Below the pieces are notes generated by a model. The model was not told where the DNA came from and did no database searches. It saw only the letters and a list, made by a program, of their open reading frames with translations. Of a stretch of 64,000 nt of DNA, positions 53,965 to 64,000 are shown in pieces. A program made the position numbers and the translations under genes. Within the stretch, counting starts at the first letter, position 1. Every line of letters begins with the position of its first letter. This DNA is from Octopus vulgaris (taxonomy: Eukaryota): assembly GCA_951406725.2 (NCBI GenBank), contig OX597817.1, positions 93,558,001 through 93,622,000 on the forward strand. The letters run 5' to 3'.

Positions 53965-55290
53965 CCGTTATTTAACGCCTGCTTTTTTATGCTGGCATGG
54001 GTTGGACAGTTTAACGAGGAACTAGCCAGCTGGGGAGCTGTCCAGGTCCCAATTTCTACGGCTGGATGCCCTTCCTAAGCCAACCACGTCACAGAGTGTA
54101 CTGAGTGTTGTTTACGTGACATTGGCACGGGCGCTTCTACGAGGTACCAGTACAGGCGCTTTTGTGACACTAGCACGCGTACTTTTTATGTGACACAAGC
54201 ACAAGTGCTTTTTACGTGAAACCAGCATCCGCGGGTTCTGAAGGGAAGGGCCTCTCAGCAGAGAGAGGAAAGTGGAGGACATGCTTGTATGTATGGATAG
54301 ACATAGTTAGTTCTATTTAGCTTGACGGTTCTTGTCATCTCCTCTGTGAAGCCCAAGGTTCTTCCTCACTACTTCGTCCTACTTCTTTCCTCCACAGGTT
54401 CCCACCACAATTAGAGATGAGCACTTCTTTAGCTCTTCTCATCCATATGCATCACATGACCATACCAGTGCAGTCTTTTCTCTTAAAACATTTACACTCT
54501 GCCGTAAACACACATTGACATTACCCATCCAGCGGATGCATACTGGTTTCATTTCTTTGAAGCCTACGAAGGTCCTCATTAGTCACAGCCCATGTTTCAC
54601 TACCACATAGCATAGCTGTACGTACACAGGCACCATACAATCATACACTTTGAGGAAGAGGCCCTTTGTTACCAACAAATGTAGTAGCTATCTGAACTTT
54701 TTCCAGCCTGTTATTCTAGCCTTTCAGAATTTTCCCCTCCACTACTAACTTGGTCGTATAGGTAACGAAAGCTACCTACTACTTCTAAGGACCCCAACCA
54801 GACATTTGAGGAAGTCTATTCTCGGTATATTGCTAGCGTTTATTGAACCTGTGTCTGCTACACATGGAACTACTTTTTCTCTTAATCTTCCTGTGATACC
54901 GCTGCACCTTTTTGTGTCCATTGCTCGCGGAGTTTCTACCAACACTTTGTCTACATATCAAACAGGGCCATTTCCCTGAAGAGACAGATTTGTTTGTTTT
55001 CATACTTACTACGATTTTGGTCTTAGTTAAACTAACTCTAAGGCCTTCCGATTCCAGACCTTGTTTCCACACCTGAAATTTCCGCTCTAGTCCAAGAAGT
55101 GATTTAGCTTCAAGAACAAGGTCATCACCGTAGAGGAGCTCCCAAGGGCAGCCAGTCTTTAAATTACTCTGTTATGGCCTGGAGGACTATGATAAACAAG
55201 AAGGTGCTGAGAACCGATCTTTAGTGAACTCCTACTTGTACATTAGATTCATTGCTGTAGTCATTGCCGACCTTCACCTTATTGACACTA
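53965..55290 (-). mobile_element. Older degenerate RTE LINE copy
   Basis: WKQGLESEGLRVSLTKTK...GKWPCLIC plus a 3' tail similar to the other RTE copies. Confidence 0.85.
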
Positions 55291-55737
55291 ACTAAAAACG
55301 CAATATTCGTAATACAATCTTGGCATGTGTTTATTACTATATTTGAAAACAAATTACAACCAGATTTTATCCATATTACTGCACGCCCCTCCAAAAAAAA
55401 ACATTCATTTTAAAGAGGTACAGTGAACGAATCTTTAACAAATTTAAATCTCCCACTCCTCACCATGACAACACAGGATGTGTGCACGTGGAATGTCGCT
55501 CATCTTTCATCCTTATATCGTTGTCACTTTCCCATCATCCGGCTACTCTCATCCCCAATGGCATATACACTTCTAAGGACCAGACATTATACAAGTAGCC
55601 GCGGTGTATGTGTACCGCTATCTCAGAACTGTCACAAAGTAGTGTCTCTATTATGGTTCCTGATTATATTACTGAGTAAGCTAAACACGATGAATTTATC
55701 AATTTTGGTGGGCGGGCAGCGCTCACCAAGCACACCC

Positions 55738-55780
<43 letters not shown>

Positions 55781-55782
<2 letters not shown>

Positions 55783-56352
55783 GCCACTGGTTTTAATTGA
55801 TTAATATCAATTTCTACCCTTATTAAATTTTAAATTAAAAAAATGTTCTCTAACCGGTAAATTGACTGCTGCTACTTATTAGCTGCAGGGTAGTTTTCCG
55901 ATCTCAGCGCGCCAAAGTGAAGGCATTTAAAAGATACACAAAAATATAATCGGTTGGACTCTATGCATGCGGGACTCCGGTCAAACGTTTTTGCATCTAG
56001 TCCTGCAAATTGTATTTCTATATGACAGACTATGCTGACGAGATTGCAGTTATCCATGTGGATATTAACAATCGAAACTGATCGGTACATAGGTAATCAT
56101 TTTTATTTCGTATATTTTCATTTGTCTTGCTTATTTTTAATGCTTTGGTTTGTACTGAGATTTTTTTATTTGAGAACATATTCTTTGTGGAAAATAGCGA
56201 TTTGACGTCTATATCTAGCATGTTGACCGTCCACTTTTAGTGGTCAGTCCTTTAAATTTTGTATGTAAAAATATTTTAATCTTCGGATTTTTTTTTATAT
56301 GTTGGGCCACTGGTTTTAATTGATTAATATTAATTTCTACCCTTATTAAATT
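55781..56352 (+). mobile_element. Retrozyme-like non-coding element: about 50-bp terminal direct repeats, intact hammerhead, inserted in (TA)n
   Basis: gggccactggttttaattgattaatat.aatttctacccttattaaatt at 55781-55829 and 56304-56352 (523-bp period). Confidence 0.75.
56030..56092 (+). ncRNA. Type I hammerhead ribozyme, fully canonical core
   Basis: Helix I CTATG/CATAG, CTGACGA, helix II GATTG/CAATC, GAAAC TGATCG GTA^ with near-palindromic helix III. Confidence 0.82.
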
Positions 56353-56449
56353 ATATATATATATATATATATATAAATATTTATAAATGAGAGGGTAAAA
56401 AATAAGAAACGCGTAAGCATTACATTAAATATGTTCCAAAATTGAAACA

Positions 56450-57236
56450 CAAAGAAACAAGCAGGAAATTCAGACATTCCTCGTCAGTTATCGTCCAAAA
56501 GATCTTTATAATTTCACGCTTTTAACGATAATACTGTTCACTTTTGGTGGCATCAGCGGTGAGAGGTTGCGGGAATAGTGATGGAAACAAAACACGACAA
56601 ATGTGAACACAAACAAAATAAATAAAATATAGGACTGGGGGGGAAAAAAAAAACGAAGGTAAAAAAACGAACGGTGTTGAAAGTAGAGGAGACGAGAGAA
56701 ACGTGACTGATCGACTCAGTGGTCATGCGGAAAAAGGAAATGGAAAGGAAAAATGAGATGAGAATGGCGTGACCCGTGGCCATTCTCATTTCCCTTTTCC
56801 ACTTCTTTTTTTCCCGCCTGACCACTGAATCGATCAAGTCACGTTTCTCTCGTCTCCTTTATTACTTTTTCAACACGGTTTGTTTTTCTCCGTTCGTTTT
56901 TTACGTTTTCTTTTTGTTTCGTTGTTTCCAGTCCTATTGGACATTTTCCTTGCGTTACTATATATTCGTCTCGTCTTAGGGTCGCAAGGCCTTATTTTGT
57001 TTGTATAATGTACATTTATTTTATTTCGTTTATATGTTCACTTTTTGTCGTGTTCGTTTTCGTCACTGTCCCTTGTTTATTCGCTATTTCCAGCAACTTC
57101 TCGCCGCTGACGCCACGAAAAGTGAACAATATTATCGTTAAAGGCGTGAAACTGTAAGGACCTTTTTGGATGATAACTCACGAAGAATTAGCAACGTCTC
57201 GTTTTGAGTGTGTGAATTTTCCGTTTCTTCCTTTGT
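56450..57236. repeat. Large imperfect inverted repeat (arms about 320 and 450 bp, centre about 56773) between (TA)n tracts
   Basis: For example gagacgagagaaacgtgactgatcgactcagtggtca pairs with tgaccactgaatcgatcaagtcacgtttctctcgtctc. Confidence 0.85.
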
Positions 57237-57293
<57 letters not shown>

Positions 57294-57382
57294 CAGAGTA
57301 AGCACATAAATGTGAAACAAAGTGGAAAAAAATAGTACACGAATATCTGAGGCAGAGTAATACAGCTGCAAAGTTGTCAGCT

Positions 57383-57428
57383 AAAACTGTCCGACGAATG
57401 GGAACGTGAAACTCTGAGTAACAGTTTT
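57383..57428 (+). ncRNA. Minimal type I hammerhead-like motif with CCGACGA core variant; decayed copy at about 18306-18340
   Basis: Helix I AAAACTGT/ACAGTTTT, CCGACGA, helix II ATG-GGAA-CGT, GAAAC TCTGA GTA^. Confidence 0.65.
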
Positions 57429-57570
57429 TGTGAGGTCTTGCTGCTGTATTAATAAAGTATAAATATATATAAAATAAGTCCTGGGGTCGATTTGTTCGAT
57501 TAAAGGCGGTGCTCCAGCATGGTCGCAGTCAAATGACTGAAACAAATATATATATATATATATATATATG

Positions 57571-57773
57571 CCTTCCCTGGTACCCGTGCCGGTGGCACGT
57601 AAAAATCACCCACTACACTCACGGAGTGGTTGGCGTTAGGAAGAGAATCCAGCTGTAGAAGCACCGCCAGATAAGACTGGAGCCTGGTGAAGCCTCCTGG
57701 CTTCCCAGACCCCGGTCGAACCGTCAAACCCATGCTAGCATGGAAAACGGACGTTAAACGATGATGATGATGA
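57571..57773 (+). mobile_element. Short RTE 3'-tail copy (severely truncated LINE or RTE-dependent SINE)
   Basis: Matches 49300-49515 and ends in (GAT)n. Confidence 0.8.
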
Positions 57774-57775
57774 TA

Positions 57776-59035
57776 TCGGGTCATCCCATAAGTTCTGTCA
57801 GAATTTTGAATAAAGAAAGCAAGTGATCAAATGTTATATTTAATTGAAATTTAATCATCAATGTACTTTCCCTGATTATCTATGACTTCCTTTCATCTAT
57901 TTATAAGCTTTTTAATCCCATCAATGTAAAACTCTTTTGGTTTCAAAGTGAAGAACTCTGAAATGTCAGTTTCGACCTCCTCCTGGCTTGCGAAAGTTAC
58001 GTCCCCCAAATGATTTTGTAAACTACGAAACAAATGGTAGTCTGAAGGAGCAAGGTCGGGAAAATAAGGTGGATGAGGAATTTTTTCCTAACCAAGCTCT
58101 TCGATCTTTTGTGATGTGATCTTTGCAGTGTGGGGTTGCGCATTGTCCCGATGAAACATCACACCTTTTCAATTCACTAAAGCGGGTCTTGTTTTCTTCA
58201 AAGCTTGGTTCAAACGCTCTAATTGCTGACAGTAGACTTGAGCATTGATTGCTGCATTAGGTGGTAACAATTTAAAGTGAATTACCCCTTTGTAATCCCA
58301 CCAGATAGAGAGAAGAACCTTTTCTCCATGAAGTTCCCTTCTCGGTTGTGGTTGAGCTTTTTCCCTTTTACCAAGCCACTGTTTACGACATTTAACATTT
58401 CAATAGAAGATCCATTTTTCATCACCAGCCACAAGTCTATCCAAAAAGGTGAAATGACTTCGCGTGAATGGACAGAAGAGCCGGTGTCAACTCGGGATTT
58501 GCAGTTGCTTTCGGACAATTCATGAAACACACATTTTCCAAGTTTAGGAACCATTCCAAGTTGTTGAAGATGACGATGAACAGTTATGGTTTGAACTAAG
58601 CTTTATCGCCAATTCTTCAACTGATAATGCAGGATTTTCTTCAAGTAATGCCTCAAGGAGCTTATCATCTAACTCAACTGGACGTCCTGTTCGATCTTCA
58701 TCTTCAAGGCTGAAATCTCCACTTCTGAATTTTGCAAACCATCTTCTGCAAGTTCTTTTATTCAAGCATACTTTCCCATAAACTGAGTTTATGTTTCGAG
58801 ACGCTTCGGCTGCAGAATTTCTTTTTTTGTACTCTTAAAGCATTATGTGCCTCAAATGCTCTTTGGATACTTCCATGTTAGAACGGGTTTTAATCAAATA
58901 AATTTTAATTCTATCATTCTGTAAAATAATATTTGATTACTTTAAATGTACACAAATGCATAAAAATAATTTTTAATTCCATTAGACATTCTAAAATAGC
59001 AGTCCAATCTCCATTCAAAACAAAAAAAAATTAAA
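57776..59035 (-). mobile_element. Mariner (Tc1/mariner) transposon with pseudogenised transposase (58876-57851)
   Basis: MEVSKEHLRHIML...RRWFAKFRSGDFSLEDEDRTGRP...FPDLAPSDYHLFRSL. TA plus TIR tcgggtcatcccataagttctgtc at one end. Stops and frameshifts. Confidence 0.9.
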
Positions 59036-61069
59036 CATTGGATAATGTGAACCTTGGTGCACTGTGTCAGACCTCGCAGGATGAAAGGTTAAGTCAACCT
59101 CAGCAGAACTTGAGCTCAGAGTATACAGATGGGCGAAATACCGCTAAGCATTTTGCCTGGGAGAGGGGAGTGCTAACAATTCTGCCAGCTCACCGCCTTA
59201 ATAATAATAATAATAATAATAATGGTTTCAGATTTTGTCACAAGGGCAGCCATTTTGGGGAGGAGGATAAATCGATTACATCGGCACCAATGTTTTCACT
59301 GGTACTTAATTTATCGACCCCAAAAGGACGAAAGGCAAAGTTGACCTCGGCGGGATTTGAACTCAGAACGTTAAGACGGACGAAATACCGCTAAGCATTG
59401 TGTCCAGCGTGTTAACAATTCTTCCAGCTCGCTGCCTTAATAATAATCCTTTCTATTATAGGCACAAGGCCTGAAATTTGCGGAGAGGAGACTAGTCGAT
59501 TACTTAATCTATCGACTCCGAAAAGATGAAAGTCGACGTCGACGGAATTTGAATTCAGAACGTGTAGACGGACGAAATACCACTAAGCATTTCGCTCGGC
59601 GAGCTGATGATTCTGCTCGCTATAAGAATGTGATACTCAACTTCAAAGAACTAGTTTTTAACAACGCAATTCATGGAAAGCGAACTGGATCTGTCATGCT
59701 AACATAGCACAAATAGATCCACACAAAGAGAAGGAATAGAGGAGGTCGTTAGTTTGTCATAGAGCTGAGCCAAACATTTATAACATGCCATACAAGAGGA
59801 CAAGTATAAAAGCCTATATTTAAACTAGCTTCAGCCAAAGTAATCTACCTAAACAATTATGGCTGTCACAGGACATAAACATTCATAGGTATAGAAGCAG
59901 TGTTTTTCATTTTACAAAGAGAAAAGAAAATTACTGGATACGAGAGGTTGTGTCTGTGTGTATATATATGTGTACACACACACATAAATATGAAGTAAGG
60001 GACAGCTTTTCCCTTTAACATATTGTATTGAAAGTACAACAAACGTATATGAGTAGGGAATACAAAAACAAACATACTTCCCTTCGTTGGATCAGTTCAA
60101 GTTTTACGATGGTAGTTGTGGTAGTTAATGTTCATTGAAAGGCAGTCAACGTGGTGGTGACGGTAGCGAAGGTAGCCGGGACGGTCGGGGGGGGGGTAGT
60201 GGAGAAGTAAAAAGCTGGTTTAGAGATGGTGCCAGGGTGGTGGTTTCGGATGTCTTTCAGCAGCTTACGAATGCAAACATTCCTGCAGGTGGTTGTAGAT
60301 TAGTACTGCGTGTGTGTGTGTGTGTGATAAAAATGAGTAAAGAGAATTTCAAGATTATCAATAGTAAGAATTTGAACAGTGATGACAAAGAAAGTTACGC
60401 TAAATACTACATGATGAATTCGTGGTCTAGTGAACTACCTTTGCTTAGAGAGAAAGTAAACAAACGCTTAGTAGCGCGATTGTTACCGACTTCGAATGAG
60501 AAAAAGATAATCTATACGAATCAAGAATCGAGAGGTCTGATTTATTTATTTATCTATCTTTTCTGGAGGTAAGAGACAGCTGCGAACACGTATCTCTATT
60601 TCAACACGCAACTGTCCTACCTCAACTCCGGCCAGTAATAAGATTTAGACAGAAATGAAAAGCACACATCTGTTATCCTATCTGAGAATTACATTAAGAG
60701 TAGACATGTCTGTAAAATCCTTACCGTCAAAATTAACAGGAATCTACTTACAGTACGCAAACCCACTTACATACATTTATGTATGTGCATGAGTGTGCCC
60801 CGTTACCCTTATGGACCTACGGACGCCTGCGATCGTAAGGTAATGAAAGAAATTAAGAGCCACCATCCTCGTGTTATTCCTAAACCAATCACTAATCAGA
60901 CTTTTACTATTACACTCCACACCCACCACCATCTCCTCCACAGTTATTACACTTCATTCAGTGTTACTAGTTCTACTTCATTATAAGACTTAACTGATCC
61001 GACAAACTGAAGATACTTTTTGTTTTTGTACTCCCATAAATTCCATTCGATTCTCTCGTTTATGATAAG

Positions 61070-61782
61070 CTAGCAGCATAGCCCGGCGTTGCCAGGGTAT
61101 GTAAGAGCCCCTAGTAGGCAACGACTAATCCCAATCTAGTCCTTCCCTTCTAGGGAACGAAGGCGCATATGTAGGTTGCAATGTCTTCTCTTCACTCCCA
61201 AATAACTATCAAACAGCTATTGATAATTCAACCCAACCAATTCCTACCAGGAAGAAATTACATTCGAGACTTTACCCCCAACTTATGCTAATAGCTGCTG
61301 CAGCCGCAAGTTATTCGAATACTTTTTTTGTTTAAACTTTCTTTATAACTACCACCCCAAACGTTTTACCTTAAATTTTTGATGTGCCCTAAGGGTCCTC
61401 GGACGCTACATGCAAACTCTTGGTTTATTATAAACCGCTTTTGTCGTGTGCACCAAAAAACCTTTTCCATTCGTTTGTTCAGTTTGGTCACTTTTGACTT
61501 TTTCGTTGTTGTCACTCAAATTGCTGCCCGTTTTTTTGCCGTTTTTGTACATTTTTATACATTTTGATGTTGCATATAAAAAGCTTAGATTCTCGACCCC
61601 ATGTCGAATCTATCAATTTTTTTCAGAACTGGGGGAACTTTTCAAAATTTTCGCTGCGTTGGTTTTGAATTATGACATTGGGCTATGTGTGTGTCAAGTT
61701 TCATCAGAATCGGTTGAAAGCCGTGGTCAGGGTGAGGGTACAACCTGACAGACAGACAAACTGCCGTTTATATATAGAGAGA
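61070..61782 (-). mobile_element. Non-autonomous Helitron (longer copy)
   Basis: 5' TCTCTCTATATATAAACGGCAG shared with 31978; 3' hairpin CCCTGGCAACGCCGGG followed by CTAG. Confidence 0.82.
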
Positions 61783-64000
61783 TATACAGGTGTTGGCAAT
61801 TCTGCATGGTTTATAGAAAATATCTGTATGAATATATTTAACTCTAGATTAACCAAGCGTTACGCATATCAGTAAACATTCTGTGTGCTGTTTTAATAAG
61901 AATAATTTCGCTCTTACACGGGCTGTTAACAACAGATTTTTTTTTCGTAGCTGACAAGGCGAAACGACACAGAAATACATGCCTACGATCCAGTGACGCC
62001 ATTCCGCCCACATGTATTATCACACATGTCTCACCATTATATCATATTTGTTTAACGACGGTTCGATGCCCTTCCTAATACCAACCACGTCATATGTCTA
62101 ACCGGAGAATTTTCTCTCGGGAATGTCTCCGTAGCTAAAGGTCTTAATCACACCTAAAGAAAAGCAAACTTGCTTATAGATAAATATATAACTTTTAGAT
62201 GTTATAGTTAATGAAATCCTTTGTTTCTATCACGGTTAGGTCTTGTGCATCGGATCTCCTTTCATTTCAGTGAAGGAAGGGTCGCCGAAACAAAAAACGA
62301 GACATGTCATAAGAAAGGCTTATGAGGATTGTTCAAGTAGTTACATTGCTATTTACTCATTGATTAAATAGAAAGGAAAGCGAAAAGACTGAGTGAAGAG
62401 AGAAGACGAACAGAGAAATAAAGACGGAACGAACAAAACACAACACAAGCCAACGAGAAAGACCCTACGCGCTAGATCAAGTTGCTGGAAACAACAGCCA
62501 ATTCCGCACAATATTTATTAATCTATTCCTTTTCAGTGCCGTATATTTCTTTCGTGTCTTTCCATGTACACAATTATTATAAACCAATCCACAACACCAA
62601 CGAAATACAGGTGACATATTACTTACAGTGACCAGATATCTACATGATCGAAGCTAACCTTGAGCTCAGCAATAGAAACTACGACGAAAACGGGCACATG
62701 AGCAAGCCTGCGTGGGATCGTCTCCGTGGTAGCTGATCTGATGGAAACGGCAGCCGATTTTCCATACCACTGCTATCACTACTACTTGTATAGGTATTCG
62801 TATTCTTCACTCTCTCCCAACCTTTTCACCGAGGTTGCCTGACTTAGTTTCTTAATGGCTTGGTCAGGTGAGGAATTATCTCTTTTGAGATACTCTGGAG
62901 ATCCTACCAGAGAGTTGGTTCTTCAGATCGCAGAACCAGTCCACATACTTTGCAATAGATTGTACCTTCTTTTAAAAGGTACCCAGAGGTCAAGTGGCTG
63001 ACCTAATTATAGAAAATGCAAGTATGGATTATATTTACATATCAGTACATTCACTAACAACGTGTATACAATAACAACGTTATCTCAAAACTTAAGTGCT
63101 TCCTCTGTGTGTGTGTGTGTGTGAGCGCGCAGCTTGAATCTTGATCCGTAACATAAACATTTGAGTTTAATAAGCAATACATATAAAACACACACCACAC
63201 ATACTGATAAACGCATTACAAATACACTCTTTATCCACACACACATGTATATCACATATATACCTTTATCGACCAAACATAGAGCACTGTCGCATATACG
63301 TGTATACATTCACACATACATACGTATATTTGTGTGTGTAAGTATACATAAACACATATACACACGCACTCAATATGTATACACGTGTATACATGTACAT
63401 TGTATGTACACACACACACACACACACATAACACAAATATGGATCTATTACAGATAAATTCCATCAGATGGGCTTTTTTTTTATATAGTTTTCATTTACA
63501 AGAAATGGGTAAACTCGAAGCGATATAAAGTGATGTATGTCCAAGATGCAACGCAGTGAGATTGAGCCCGGAGCTTCTTAGTTGCGAAGCAAACTACTTA
63601 ACCATCCGGTCAAACTGCGTTACATTCACAAACAGGTAGATATATTACACACACACAGATATGCATACAAAATACAGCGTTATACACACACACATTCACA
63701 TATATACAACGGATGTAATCGGTAAACCGAGACATTCGATTTAAAGAGATCAATAAAGATCGATAAAATGAGTACGAGACTAAATATTAGGTCGATTTAA
63801 TTGAGTAAAACCTTTAAACCTGGTGCTCCAGCATGGTCACGGAACAAAAGAAATATATATTTAAAAATGCATTATGTATTATTGAAGAAAAAGTAAAAAA
63901 AAAAGAAATCAGATTATACACGCTGTCCCTCCCTCAATCATATTCTTTCTCTCTCCCTCTCACACACAAACAATCCATCTAAAACACACCTACCTACTTA

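Noticed and set aside
59330-59440. tRNA-like A/B boxes
   Set aside because: These are SINE heads with no full cloverleaf, not tRNA genes.
60135-60572. 145-aa plus-strand ORF ending at a GAG|GTAAGA donor
   Set aside because: Low-complexity start, no recognisable domain, and no downstream exon identified.
62620-62700. Minus-strand GTAAGT donor as a possible upstream exon
   Set aside because: The phase-1 frame has a stop five codons upstream. It could be non-coding but is unsupported.

Overview
Eukaryotic, AT-rich, repeat-dense genomic DNA with one 100-N scaffold gap (49742-49841). The SINE/RTE repertoire and the (TA)n/(CA)n load look like an octopus or other coleoid cephalopod (inference, not a database result). 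One host gene can be assembled by hand on the minus strand across about 5.5-50 kb from exons the ORF track largely misses: two thyroglobulin type-1 (Tg1) domain exons, a Thr-rich stalk, further stalk exons, and a last exon encoding a clear syndecan transmembrane and cytoplasmic tail (GxxxG, RMRKKDEGSY ... EFYA-stop). All splice phases chain in frame, giving an unusual Tg1-Tg1-stalk-syndecan receptor with no obvious glycosaminoglycan sites and a possible soluble isoform. Introns and flanks hold RTE, CR1, Dong/R4 and Penelope-like retroelements, piggyBac, mariner, hAT and Helitron relics, and tRNA-derived SINEs. About ten type I hammerhead-ribozyme motifs (intact to decayed) sit mostly in small non-coding elements next to (TA)n tracts, some with terminal direct repeats (retrozyme-like), alongside several long palindromes. 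No CRISPR, rRNA or genuine tRNA genes were seen.
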